From Bacteroidales bacterium (GTDB taxonomy: Bacteria > Bacteroidota > Bacteroidia > Bacteroidales > P3), in assembly GCA_031260565.1 (NCBI GenBank), contig JAISLH010000015.1, forward strand, positions 452 to 64,451: DNA of 64,000 nucleotides. Direction: 5' to 3'. Shown here in pieces: positions 36,001-44,981 of the stretch (the stretch's first letter is position 1; every line of letters starts with the position of its first letter). A model generated the notes under the pieces. That model was not told the DNA's origin. It was given only the letters and a program-made list of their open reading frames with translations, and made no database searches. Both the position numbers and the translations under genes were made by a program.

Positions 36001-37695
36001 TGTTGTGCCGCTAAATGATTGCGAAGCAACAACACTACTGCTTGACGGGTTACTGCTTGATGAAAACCTATTGAAGGAAGAAACCAAAGTATGTCCCGGT
36101 CCTGCAATATCAGGTTTTGTTCTGCCGTCAGCCGAAGGTCCTTTACTTGAAAAGTATGCAATATCACTTACCGTGCCGCTATATCCATAGTTACTTCCAC
36201 CCAAAGATGTATAACTTAATTTCGTTGCATACGCTCCTACAGCAATAGAATTATTGCCTGTCGCCAAACAATTTATTGTTTGATTGGTTGAACCTGTGGT
36301 GAAAGTAGAATTAAAGGCAGTTGTGCGGAAGGTAACATCACCTGACCACATACTCGTCGTTGTTCCGCTCGCAGCAGAACTTCTTACTCTTATGACAACA
36401 TAGTAATTAGAGTTCGTATTACTATAATTAACAGAGACCATAGCGTTAGGCTTATTGTTATTAGGGTCTGCCGACTCAGCCCAAATCGTTACACCACAAC
36501 TTGAACCGCTATAAGATATAGTATTGTTATAATAACCACTTGAACTTGTTTGAGTAAAAGGAGTAGTGGCAACATAAGCTCCTGTTGAAGCATTGTATAT
36601 TGCTACAGCAACAGAAAATTGATTGTTTGGTGTGCCCCAAACATAATTATAAGCACTCCCGCTGACAAAATCATAAGCAACGTTCATAGTATCTACTCCG
36701 GTCTGTGTCTTGGTTGCAAACAAAGGGTCGCTACCTTCGTTGCCTGCTGATATACAAGGAATAACGCCTGCTGTTGCCATTTGGTCGCAGTATTGTTCAA
36801 AGGAAGAAGTACCATCATTAGGTCCTCTGTTAGAGCCAAGACTCATATTGATAACACAGGGTTTTCCCACAGAAGCAGCATAACTCTTGATGTATGATAT
36901 TCCGTCTGCTATTCCGGTGGTAGTCATATTTGTTGCCACAAAGACCAAATCGCTGTTTGGAGCAACGCCTCTGTATGTTGCACTTGTCGCTCCACCAGAA
37001 CCACCTGCAATTCCTGCAACGTGAGAGCCATGTGTGCTTGTCGTATTGTCTCTCTGAGCCGCTAAAATGGTAGTTTGCGTTGTTAGCTCTCTGCCATAGT
37101 TAAAGCCTGAGGGATTAGTGCCGCTCGTTGATTGCTCCCATACTCGTTTTACTCTATAAACAGAGTGCGTAGTGTCATAAAAAGTGGGGTGGGTGTAGTC
37201 AAAGCCGTTGTCAATGATACCTACAACAACGCCGTCTCCCTTATAAGCCTGCGATAAACCATTTGTTCCTGCCTGAACTTGATTAACGTTGGAGGCTGTG
37301 CGTGCTGCATCTAAATCCAATTTGACCTTCTCACCTATTTCTATTCTTACAACGCCGTCTATCTTAGCCACATTTTCAATTTGAGAAACAGGGATTAAAG
37401 CCGTAGCAAGATTGCCCTCGTGAGGGTTCATTTTACCGCCAAGCAATGCAAATTCCCGCTCATTGAAATTCTCATTGACACGAATAAAACAACTTGCATA
37501 AACGACATTGTCAATACTCACCAAGCCATAAGAATTTATAAAACTCGTGTCTTCAACGGAAAGCGTCTTACCCTGCTTTTCCACTTTACTTAAATTATGC
37601 AACATTGCCCTCGTTGGAGGAGACAACGTTTGCTGTCCAAAACTCATGGTAGCAAAACCTAATGCTAACCACAAAAAGATAAATATTCGCTTCAT
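33004..37695 (-). CDS. S8 (subtilisin-family) peptidase with multiple FN3-like repeats and a T9SS type-A CTD
   Basis: The catalytic triad context is VGIIDNGFD, THGSHVAGIAGG and ASGTSMSSPFVAG. The C-terminus is NIYPNPATHTATLSI...GTYYVRILNNDINRTQKLIVNK. Confidence 0.85.
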   Translation of the reverse strand: MKRIFIFLWLALGFATMSFGQQTLSPPTRAMLHNLSKVEKQGKTLSVEDTSFINSYGLVSIDNVVYASCFIRVNENFNEREFALLGGKMNPHEGNLATALIPVSQIENVAKIDGVVRIEIGEKVKLDLDAARTASNVNQVQAGTNGLSQAYKGDGVVVGIIDNGFDYTHPTFYDTTHSVYRVKRVWEQSTSGTNPSGFNYGRELTTQTTILAAQRDNTTSTHGSHVAGIAGGSGGATSATYRGVAPNSDLVFVATNMTTTGIADGISYIKSYAASVGKPCVINMSLGSNRGPNDGTSSFEQYCDQMATAGVIPCISAGNEGSDPLFATKTQTGVDTMNVAYDFVSGSAYNYVWGTPNNQFSVAVAIYNASTGAYVATTPFTQTSSSGYYNNTISYSGSSCGVTIWAESADPNNNKPNAMVSVNYSNTNSNYYVVIRVRSSAASGTTTSMWSGDVTFRTTAFNSTFTTGSTNQTINCLATGNNSIAVGAYATKLSYTSLGGSNYGYSGTVSDIAYFSSKGPSADGRTKPDIAGPGHTLVSSFNRFSSSSNPSSSSVVASQSFSGTTWYYGTASGTSMSSPFVAGVIALWLQANPSLTPSQVKTILQTTSITDSYTSSVPNNTWGYGKINALAGIQSALGTTAVVTYAATSVTANTATLNGAISSTQTITARGFQYKASTASSWQTIAATGTTTITANLTALTPSTTYTFRAYATVAGSTYYGEEQSFTTLCSSVTIFPYTEGFENGFGCWTLASSGAAANTYWQIVTTGVTPTCAPHGGSNMAKYASYDSQNQVGAWTTMASPQISLSGNMLLSFWFYKYTGSYSSANEGVYVYVNSTPDTVGGTLLGFVSNMGTAGWDSISYTIPSALSGTKYIVFKALSQYGYNMYLDDIAITQFITPPTVTTLAATSITQTTATLNGTTTAGTQTITARGFQYKVSTASSWQTIAATGTTTITANLTALTPNTSYTFRASATTASGTTYGSELTFTTQHTPPVITTLAASTITNTTATLNGTTAAGTQTITARGFQYKVSTASSWQTITATGTTTITANLTALTPNTSYTFRASATTASGTTYGSELTFSTTHTPPTVTTLATTAITNTTATLNGTTTAGTQTITARGFQYKVSTASSWQTITATGTTNITAALTSLTPNTSYTFRASATTASGATYGSEQTFTTLQHTPPTVTTLAATSITNTTATLNGTTAAGTETITARGFQYKVSTASSWQTITATGTTTITANLTALTPNTSYTFRASATTASGTTYGSEQTFTTLQHTPPTVTTLAATEITNTTATLNGTTAAGTETITARGFEYKVSTASSWQTIAATGTTDITANLTALTPNTSYTFKAYATTASGTTYGSELTFLMQGMNPVVVTDTATVTCVSDVVVYFAGTITNVGTPMATEFGFIYGTTAGLTVDNGTIAASNMPVVGTTMTATATGFNYGDNYFYVAYAKVGSVAYYGVEKQFTTCDGNGLSDVDIDAVAINIYPNPATHTATLSIAGLRDDAQITITDLTGKVIAKTDIKANQTILAIDVEHYAAGTYYVRILNNDINRTQKLIVNK
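33587..35008. repeat. Five near-identical tandem repeats of about 280 bp (about 93 aa) inside the S8 peptidase gene, plus one diverged copy near 35520-35790
   Basis: Each repeated peptide reads TPPTVTTLAATSITNTTATLNGTTAAGT(Q/E)TITARGFQYKVSTASSWQTI(T/A)ATGTTTITANLTALTPNTSYTFRASATTASGTTYGSE(L/Q)TF, with long identical DNA runs. Coordinates are approximate. Confidence 0.85.
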
Positions 37696-37743
37696 TGTTT
37701 TATATGATATTAATGTTATTTTTTCATCTTATGTTTCTATTTC

Positions 37744-39213
37744 TTAATCTCTTGACCACGTTGCCCCGTCCTTGCCGTCCTTTATGGTTATGCCGAGTTC
37801 GGAAAGAGTATCCCGCAGCTGGTCACTGGTCTTCCAGTCCTTTGCTGTGCGGGCTTGCGTCCGTAAATCCAATATTAAATTCACCAATCCTTCAACAAGC
37901 TGTTGCGAAGTGTCGTTTGCCTCCTCTGTCAGTCCAAGAATGCTATGTAAAATGGCTGTAAAGTCTTCCGTAAAGTGCAGAAGGTCATCAGCCGTTATTG
38001 TTTGCGTTGTCTCCAAAAGAAGATTTATCTGACGCACTGCCTCAAACAGATGTGCTATAACGACAGGTGTATTGAAGTCATCGTTCATTGCCTCAACCAC
38101 TTTGTCCATAAGGTCTAAGTCAATGGTCGTTTTGTCAGAAGGCTTTATATGTTTCAGGTTTTTGAAAGCCTCAAACAACTTCTTCAAACCTCGTTCTGCC
38201 GCCTGCAATGCCTCGTTTGAAAAGTCCAAAGTAGAGCGATAATGGGCTTGAAGAATGAAAAAGCGTATCGTCATCGGCGAATAAGCCTGTTGAAGCAATG
38301 CGTGAGAGCCGCTAAATATCTCTTGCAGAGTTATGAAGTTGCCAAGACTTTTGCCCATCTTCTTTCCGTCAATGGTAATCATATTATTATGTATCCAATA
38401 CTTTGCAGGCTCGCAATGAAAGGCACACACAGATTGAGCAATTTCGCTTTCGTGATGAGGGAAAAGCAAATCTAACCCTCCTCCATGAATGTCAAATTGC
38501 TCTCCAAGGTACTTTCGGCTCATTGCAGTACATTCTAAATGCCAGCCGGGAAAGCCTATACTCCAAGGAGATGCCCATCGCATAATATGTTCCGGCGAAG
38601 CCTTTTTCCACAACGCAAAATCGGTAGCGTTATGCTTTTCCTGCTGCCCGTCAAGCTCACGTGTATTGGCAACCATATCCTCAATGACCCGATTGGAAAG
38701 CACTCCGTATTTATTGGTATCAGATTGGTATTTAACAACATCAAAATACACAGAGCCGTTACTTTGATAGGCGTAACCGCTATCCAAAATCGCTTGAACA
38801 ATTTCAATTTGCTCAATGATATGACCTGATGCTGTGGGCTGTATGCTTGGTCTTAGCACATTCAAAGCATCCATTGCGTCAAGGTAACGTTTGGTATAAT
38901 ATTGGGCAACTTCCATTGGCTCTAATTGTTCCAAGCGTGCTTTCTTTGCTATTTTATCTTCGCCCTCGTCAGCGTCATTTTCCAAGTGCCCAACGTCTGT
39001 TATATTCCTCACATATCGCACTTTGTAGTCCAAAAACCTCAGATAACGAAAGATAATATCAAACGTTATCGCCGGTCTTGCGTGTCCCAAATGAGCATCA
39101 CCATAAACCGTTGGTCCGCAGACGTACATTCCGACATAGCCTGCCGTCAATGGCTCAAATATTTCTTTCTTCCGAGAGAGTGTATTGTAGATTATAAGGT
39201 TTTTTTCTGCCAT
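37744..39213 (-). CDS. cysS: Cysteine--tRNA ligase
   Basis: It has HLGHARP (HIGH) and KMGKSLGN (KMSKS) motifs, at 489 aa. Confidence 0.92.
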   Translation of the reverse strand: MAEKNLIIYNTLSRKKEIFEPLTAGYVGMYVCGPTVYGDAHLGHARPAITFDIIFRYLRFLDYKVRYVRNITDVGHLENDADEGEDKIAKKARLEQLEPMEVAQYYTKRYLDAMDALNVLRPSIQPTASGHIIEQIEIVQAILDSGYAYQSNGSVYFDVVKYQSDTNKYGVLSNRVIEDMVANTRELDGQQEKHNATDFALWKKASPEHIMRWASPWSIGFPGWHLECTAMSRKYLGEQFDIHGGGLDLLFPHHESEIAQSVCAFHCEPAKYWIHNNMITIDGKKMGKSLGNFITLQEIFSGSHALLQQAYSPMTIRFFILQAHYRSTLDFSNEALQAAERGLKKLFEAFKNLKHIKPSDKTTIDLDLMDKVVEAMNDDFNTPVVIAHLFEAVRQINLLLETTQTITADDLLHFTEDFTAILHSILGLTEEANDTSQQLVEGLVNLILDLRTQARTAKDWKTSDQLRDTLSELGITIKDGKDGATWSRD

Positions 39214-39234
39214 AAGAATCTATTTTTCAGGTTG

Positions 39235-39242
39235 CAAATATA
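39235..39242 (-). promoter_or_regulatory. -7 promoter box (TATATTTG)
   Basis: TAnnTTTG lies 22 nt upstream of the ATG at 39213. Confidence 0.45.
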
Positions 39243-39279
39243 CAACTTTTTTTCAAATCCACAAAGGCAACCCCTAATT

Positions 39280-39670
39280 CCGAACGCCAAATTAGCAAAA
39301 TCCTCTCCCAAAACGCTATTCTACTTTCTCCAAACGCCACTTTAACTTACTCAAACGCTGTTTTAATTTAGCGAAACAGTGTTTTATTTTAGCGAAACGC
39401 TGCTTTATTTTCGTTAGATGTACATCTAAAATAAATAAGATGTACATCAAAATAAAATAAGATGTACATCAAAATAAAATAAGACGTACATCAAAATAAA
39501 ATAAGACGTACATCAAAATAAAATAAGATGTACATCTAATGAAAATAAGATGTACATCAAATAAATTTTAAGTGGCGTTTCAACAAAATAAAACACTGTT
39601 TCGCTAAATTAAAACAGCGATTGAGTAAGTTAAAGTGGCGTTTGGTTATGTTAAAGTGGTGTTTGTGGAA
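39280..39670. repeat. Composite palindromic element B1: 61-bp inverted arms plus 7 x 22-bp phased GA[T/C]GTACATC array
   Basis: Arms 39330-39390 and 39585-39645 are reverse complements at 60/61. Palindrome copies start at 39417, 39439, 39461, 39483, 39505, 39527 and 39549. Extra degenerate boxes lie outside the arms. Confidence 0.95.
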
Positions 39671-39891
39671 AATAGAATGATATTTGGCAGCAACCAAATG
39701 AAGATTTAATTGATTAAGGCTTGAATGCGTTTTAATGAAATCAAATTATTGGTTATCAGTGTATATAGTTGCAGTATTGATACAAAGTTTTCACCCGTCT
39801 AAATAATATTTTATGGCGGCGAAGTAAAATTTTTTGATAAAAAATGCTTTATTTCAAATTTTTATATTATTTTTGCAGGTTAATTAGATAT

Positions 39892-41160
39892 ATGTTGCGT
39901 ATGAGAAAGTTAGTTATAATCTTAGTCATTTGTGCTTTTGCAAGCAGTTTTGTTACTGCTCAAAAGCCTAAAAAAGCCACTGCGGACGTTAAACCTATCG
40001 TTACCGAAGTGCAATTACCACCTCGTTGTGCGGATTGTTTGTTTGCCGTTAATTTAGAGTTAGATACGGCTTTCGGACCGACCGAACCATTGCAAGGTTT
40101 CGGCTACATCAATGAAATAAAACGTGATAAGACAGCCAAGAATGTCTTTGAACAGGAGCATAATACGGTGTGGTATAAGGTGGAAATCCCTTATAGCGGC
40201 AAGCTGTTGGTGGATATAGCCCCCAAAAGTCAGACAGATGATTACGATTTCTTGATTTACAAATACACAGACCGCTATTTCTGTAACCGCGTTGAGCGTA
40301 ATCGCGTGCTGCCTGTGCGTTCGGTGATGTCTTCCATTGACCCTGCGGTGTCGGGTAAGACAGGCTTGCGGCTAAATGCAACGGACATCAATCTGGACAA
40401 GTCTTCTACCACCGCTTATGCAAAGTATATTGAGGTGAAAGAGGGTGAGAGTTATATGATTGTTGTTGATAATCTGAACGATGGAGGTTTGGGACACACA
40501 ATACGGGCAGAGGTTTGGACGGAATCAACGCCGTTTCAAATCTATCCAATAGACAGCATAAGCAAACAGAGAACGACAGCCGATATTGTTGTCATTGAGA
40601 ACGAGACTCAGCGTATTGCTTTGGAGAAAACAGATGTTGGTGCTCAGAAATTAAAACTTATGCCGAACAAAACTTACACCATCAACCTTACAAAGAATGG
40701 TTACTTCAACTATACAAACACTATCAGCTACGATAAGGCAAAAACCGACAGTGCTTTGACTGCTTATTTGGTGGAGATAAAGATAGGCTCTAATCTTCCA
40801 ATCAGTGGAGACCTGTATTATGACACAGACGAGGAGGGAAAGACAATAATACTGCCGGAATCGTTGCCTGTCTTAGACCGAGTGGTGGAAATAATGCGTG
40901 AATATCCTAAAATACACGTTGAAATCATAGGAAGAATAGCCACCGAAGGGCTTAACGTAAGAACAGATAACGACCGCTCAAAAGCAAGAGCCGAAGCCAT
41001 AAAAGCATATCTTGTCAGCAAGGGAGTATCCGAGCCAAACATCACGACAAGAGGCTCATCTATCAAAGAATTAGAAGCTCAGATTAAATCACAGAACGAA
41101 AATCGTAGCGGGCAACTGCTAAATCCTCAAAGCGAAATAAAAATCAAATCATTTAAATAA
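39892..41160 (+). CDS. OmpA-family (peptidoglycan-associated) lipoprotein or outer-membrane protein
   Basis: It has a signal peptide after Met17 (MLRMRKLVIILVICAFASSFVTAQ). The C-terminus has an OmpA_C-like motif (EIIGRIATEG...RSKARAEAIKAYLVSKG). The start choice is uncertain (39892 or 39901). Confidence 0.7.
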   Translation: MLRMRKLVIILVICAFASSFVTAQKPKKATADVKPIVTEVQLPPRCADCLFAVNLELDTAFGPTEPLQGFGYINEIKRDKTAKNVFEQEHNTVWYKVEIPYSGKLLVDIAPKSQTDDYDFLIYKYTDRYFCNRVERNRVLPVRSVMSSIDPAVSGKTGLRLNATDINLDKSSTTAYAKYIEVKEGESYMIVVDNLNDGGLGHTIRAEVWTESTPFQIYPIDSISKQRTTADIVVIENETQRIALEKTDVGAQKLKLMPNKTYTINLTKNGYFNYTNTISYDKAKTDSALTAYLVEIKIGSNLPISGDLYYDTDEEGKTIILPESLPVLDRVVEIMREYPKIHVEIIGRIATEGLNVRTDNDRSKARAEAIKAYLVSKGVSEPNITTRGSSIKELEAQIKSQNENRSGQLLNPQSEIKIKSFK

Positions 41161-41164
41161 AGAT

Positions 41165-42670
41165 ATGAAAAAGATATTGATAGCAATCTCATTGTTGGTT
41201 GTTCCTTTTGTGGGCTTCTCACAGGGACTTAACCTTATTTATTCATTCACCACCTACTCTTCTGCCGAAGGTAATTTTGTTGAAATAAACACTTCCATTG
41301 ACGCTTCAAGCATTGAATACGTAAAAAAGGACAATGGCAAATATCAAGCTGCATTAGATATGACTCTTGTCGTCTATACCGACTCACTTTGCACCAAAGC
41401 CCTGTATGTAGAGCAAAGAAGCATATTGTCTCCTGAAATAACAAGTGAGGAAAATCGCAGTTTTGCTTCGCTGTATGACGTTCAGAAGGTCGTTTTACCT
41501 AATGGCAGCTATCCCTTTTACCTGAAAATAAGGGACAAGAATGCTGCTGATAAAGCCCGTGAGGTTAGGGATATTATTAAAATGAACTATAAGGCGAATG
41601 AATTGGCAATTTCGGACATCAAACTCGTATCTTCTTACACCAAAACCAAGACTCCAAACGCTTTTAGCAAAAATGGATATGATATTAACCCTTATCTGTT
41701 TGAGTCTTATGGCATTGATGACAAGCAAATGATAGCTTATGCCGAGCTTTACAACGTAGATAAACTTTTTGGCAACAATAAGTCTTATGTAATTGGTGTA
41801 GCCGTTGAAGATTACAACACTTCCAAAGCCGTTGCGGACATTGGCAAGAGGACAAAAGCAAAAACCAAAAGCCTTGAAACGATATTTGAAACGATTGATA
41901 TAAGTAATCTGAAAAAGGGATATTACAATTTGGTTGTTGAAGTCCGTGACAGCAACAATCTTCTTTATGCTGACAAAAAGTATGCTTTCCTTAAAGATGG
42001 TAATGCTTTTGAAGCCCCTGTTGCTTTGGATGATGACACCTATCTTGATAACATCACCGACCCTCTTGCCCTGATTGACGACATAGAAAGCCTTGCTCCC
42101 ATAGCCAACAAAACTGAAAGGAACTTCATAGACAAGGAAGTGAAGGGTAAAAGCACCGAAGAACTGCGTAATTTCCTTTATTCCTATTGGGGAGCGAACT
42201 ATCCTGACAATCCAAAAGAAGGTTACAGCGAATACCACAAAAGAGCTAAGTATGTCAGTCAGCACTTTGCCACACCTACAAAAAAGGGATACTATACCGA
42301 TATGGGCAGAATCTATATGATTTATGGACAACCGGACAACATAATTGACGAACGATTTAAGCAAACTACGGCAATGAGAAGCCAAACTCCTGCTGAGCTA
42401 AGCACAGACCCCGAAGTAAGAAGCAATAACAACATATCCTTTACCTACTTGCCTTATCAGATGTGGCGATATGACAGGACAGCTTTCGGAGAAACCAATC
42501 GTACCTTTGTCTTTTACGCTCCTATGAATGATGTAAGAGAATATCGCTTGCTGCATTCAAACGCTAAGGGAGAGCCAACAACATTGTTCTGGGAGAGAGT
42601 GCTGTCTCGCAACAACCTTCCTGAATATACCGAAGGCGAAGCAGGAATACAGTTCAAACGAGGCTACTAA
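41165..42670 (+). CDS. GWxTD domain-containing protein
   Basis: It has a signal peptide. The C-terminal KKGYYTDMGRIYMIYGQPDNI and FVFY motifs resemble the GWxTD domain. Confidence 0.6.
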   Translation: MKKILIAISLLVVPFVGFSQGLNLIYSFTTYSSAEGNFVEINTSIDASSIEYVKKDNGKYQAALDMTLVVYTDSLCTKALYVEQRSILSPEITSEENRSFASLYDVQKVVLPNGSYPFYLKIRDKNAADKAREVRDIIKMNYKANELAISDIKLVSSYTKTKTPNAFSKNGYDINPYLFESYGIDDKQMIAYAELYNVDKLFGNNKSYVIGVAVEDYNTSKAVADIGKRTKAKTKSLETIFETIDISNLKKGYYNLVVEVRDSNNLLYADKKYAFLKDGNAFEAPVALDDDTYLDNITDPLALIDDIESLAPIANKTERNFIDKEVKGKSTEELRNFLYSYWGANYPDNPKEGYSEYHKRAKYVSQHFATPTKKGYYTDMGRIYMIYGQPDNIIDERFKQTTAMRSQTPAELSTDPEVRSNNNISFTYLPYQMWRYDRTAFGETNRTFVFYAPMNDVREYRLLHSNAKGEPTTLFWERVLSRNNLPEYTEGEAGIQFKRGY

Positions 42671-43666
42671 ATGAAGGTTGCTGTCGTCATTTTGAATTAC
42701 AATGGGGAACATTTGTTACGACAATTTCTTCCTTCTGTTGTAAAGCATACCCCTTACGATATTTATGTTGTTGATAATGGTTCAACGGATTGTTCATTGG
42801 ACGTTCTCAAAACAGAGTTTCCTTGCGTTAAAACAGTAAAACTTGACAAGAACTATGGGTTCGCCGAAGGCTATAACAAGGGGCTGCAAGACATAGAGGC
42901 GGATTATTTTATGCTTCTTAACGATGACGTTGAGGTAACGGAGTCTTGGCTTGAACCTTTGATTGATTTAATGGAAACAAAGCCCGAATGTGCCGTCTGC
43001 CAACCTAAATTGCTTTCCTATTTGGATAAAAACGCCTTTGAATATGCAGGAGCAGCAGGAGGAGAGCTTGACTATCTTGGCTATCCTTTTTGTCGTGGGC
43101 GTGTCTTCTCTACCATTGAACGGGATGAAGGGCAGTATAACACTTGCGAAATCTTTTGGGCGACAGGTGCAGCCTTGATGATAAGGTCGGAAATATACAG
43201 AAAGTTTAACGGCTTTGACCCTTTGTTTTTTGCACATCAGGAAGAGATAGACCTTTGTTTTCGTATCCGAGCAGCAGGGTATTCTATCTATTGTGCTACG
43301 TCTTCAATCTGCTATCATCTTGGGGGGGCTACGTTGAAGAAAAGCACCTTTAAGAAGACCTTTCTCAACTTCCGCAACAATCATCTGCTTCTTTATAAGA
43401 ACTATCCTCGCAAATCATATCCTAAAATCTTTCTTATCCGCCTTGCCTTAGACCTTTTCGCAGCCTTGACCTTTCTTTTGAGCGGCAAGCCTAAGGATAT
43501 GTGGGCGGTGATATGTGGATTGTGTGCCTTTATGAGAATGAAAAAACTCTATAAAAGCACCATTAAGGACAAAGCTACAAAGCTTCCATCAAATATTTAC
43601 CCTCATTCAATCCTCAAAGAGTATCACCTGAAAGGTCGGAAGAAGTTTTCGCAACTGCCAAGATAG
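42671..43666 (+). CDS. Family 2 glycosyltransferase
   Basis: It has VVILNYNG, VVDNGSTD and a DDD-like LNDDVEV motif. The start abuts the upstream stop. Confidence 0.8.
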   Translation: MKVAVVILNYNGEHLLRQFLPSVVKHTPYDIYVVDNGSTDCSLDVLKTEFPCVKTVKLDKNYGFAEGYNKGLQDIEADYFMLLNDDVEVTESWLEPLIDLMETKPECAVCQPKLLSYLDKNAFEYAGAAGGELDYLGYPFCRGRVFSTIERDEGQYNTCEIFWATGAALMIRSEIYRKFNGFDPLFFAHQEEIDLCFRIRAAGYSIYCATSSICYHLGGATLKKSTFKKTFLNFRNNHLLLYKNYPRKSYPKIFLIRLALDLFAALTFLLSGKPKDMWAVICGLCAFMRMKKLYKSTIKDKATKLPSNIYPHSILKEYHLKGRKKFSQLPR

Positions 43667-43849
43667 GTATCGCTATAATTATAGGTAAGATTACTTCTTT
43701 GCCGTTACGCCTTTGCCAGTATGCAGCTTTGCAAGGTAGTTTCCTTTTGTGAAGTTACCTTTTTCTCTTAAAGTATTTAGAACCTTATTTTTTATCTAAT
43801 TATTACGCCTGCAAGAATAGAAAAATTTATTTCAATTAAGAATTAAAAG

Positions 43850-44191
43850 TTACTTAATTTCTTTTATCATCTGTTCTATTTCTCTTTTCAAAACAGGCAA
43901 ATGTCGCACTACAACACCCCAAATAATCCCATCGTCAATTTTATCATAGCCGTGAATGACCCTATTTCTCATTCCTATAATTTGCTTCTTCGCTGAAATG
44001 TTTATGTTGGGAGCATTTTTTTCCAATCTGTTCATTGCTTCTCCTATGATTTCGAACTCTCTTTCAACGGCTCGCCGCAACATTTGATTAGACATATAAA
44101 CATTGAAATCAAGATTTTCTCCCAAGTAGTTTTCTATTGAGAGTATGGATTGTTGAATGTCGTACAGATACTTTTTAATCTCTATTTCCAT
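43850..44191 (-). CDS. hepT: HepT (DUF86) toxin of a type VII HepT/MNT toxin-antitoxin pair
   Basis: It has the Rx4HxY motif RNRVIHGY, is 113 aa, and overlaps the upstream nucleotidyltransferase gene by 17 nt. Confidence 0.8.
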   Translation of the reverse strand: MEIEIKKYLYDIQQSILSIENYLGENLDFNVYMSNQMLRRAVEREFEIIGEAMNRLEKNAPNINISAKKQIIGMRNRVIHGYDKIDDGIIWGVVVRHLPVLKREIEQMIKEIK

Positions 44192-44486
44192 ACAACAAAA
44201 CTTTTGACTGGTTAATAGACTGAATGAAATAAGGGTTTTTTAAAGAGTTTTCAGTTACCAAATCAACAGGTCGCTCAAAAATCTCTTCTAATTGTTCTGC
44301 CGTTTCAAAATAATTATCAGCATAATCGGCATAATCCATAGCCTTAAATGACACCAACAAATCCACATCACTTTGAGCATTGAACTTATTAGTCAATGAT
44401 GACCCAAAGACATACATAGCATCAACAAAATGGCTATCACAAACCTGCTTTATGCGTTCTAAATTTGAAGTAATAAGACTATTCAT
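44175..44486 (-). CDS. mntA: MNT-type minimal nucleotidyltransferase antitoxin
   Basis: It has YVFGSSLTNKFNAQSDVDLLV (GSx10DxD). I chose the start at Met35 because a -7 box (44513-44520) lies inside the longer track ORF. Confidence 0.75.
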   Translation of the reverse strand: MNSLITSNLERIKQVCDSHFVDAMYVFGSSLTNKFNAQSDVDLLVSFKAMDYADYADNYFETAEQLEEIFERPVDLVTENSLKNPYFIQSINQSKVLLYGNRD

Positions 44487-44512
44487 AGCAAAATCCCTTT
44501 TAATTACACCTG

Positions 44513-44520
44513 CAAAAGTA
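44513..44520 (-). promoter_or_regulatory. -7 promoter box (TACTTTTG)
   Basis: TAnnTTTG lies 27 nt upstream of the ATG at 44486. Confidence 0.45.
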
Positions 44521-44802
44521 GGAAAATTATTTTTAATAACTGCGGTTTTTGCACTTTCATTCAAAAAATATTTTTCAAGGATTGCCACATTCTTTCAAAT
44601 ATGTTATGTGTCTTTCTGTATTCCTGCTTTTTTATCCAATAATCTTCACGCAATTTTCTACTTTCTTTTATTACTTTAGGTTGAGGACAACTTAAGGAGT
44701 CTTTTTGCCGTATTTAATGATAGCAAAGGTACATCTTTTTTTTTGAAACAACAAAATAAATCATCATTTTGCCCTCCTCTACCCACATTCTAATTTAGCA
44801 TT

Positions 44803-44898
44803 ATGCCACCTTAATTTTCTAATGCGGCGTTTCGTTACGATGAAACGCATATTTAGCGACACGAAACGCCGCTTTAGGAAAATGATGCAGAGTTTGGT
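44803..44898. repeat. Family-A palindromic element, copy 5 (degenerate)
   Basis: The sequence is atgccaccttaattttctaatgcggcgtttcgttacgatgaaacgcatatttagcgacacgaaacgccgctttaggaaaatgatgcagagtttgg. Confidence 0.85.
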
Positions 44899-44948
44899 TA
44901 AAATAAAACAAAGAAATAGCGAAATGATGCTAAGCAACAAACTTTTAT

Positions 44949-44956
44949 TACTTTTG
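44949..44956 (+). promoter_or_regulatory. -7 promoter box (TACTTTTG)
   Basis: TAnnTTTG lies 26 nt upstream of the ATG at 44982. Confidence 0.45.
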
Positions 44957-44981
44957 CCCCATATTTTAATACTTATTTGAT

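Noticed and set aside
39417-39558. CRISPR array interpretation of the 22-bp (and 21-bp) arrays
   Set aside because: The units are contiguous with no unique spacers, the period is far too short, and no cas genes are present.
39214-39891. Chromosomal origin (oriC) interpretation of element B1
   Set aside because: I saw no cluster of DnaA boxes (TTATCCACA-like) and no dnaA/dnaN nearby. A second similar element exists 18 kb away. Iteron-like geometry alone is insufficient.
41495-42385. 296-aa antisense ORF inside the GWxTD gene (similarly 31802-32371 inside pfp, 10977-11483 inside the GLUG gene, 58876-59337 inside atoD)
   Set aside because: The sense-strand ORFs carry recognisable domains. The antisense translations are low-complexity with no motifs, as is typical of shadow ORFs.
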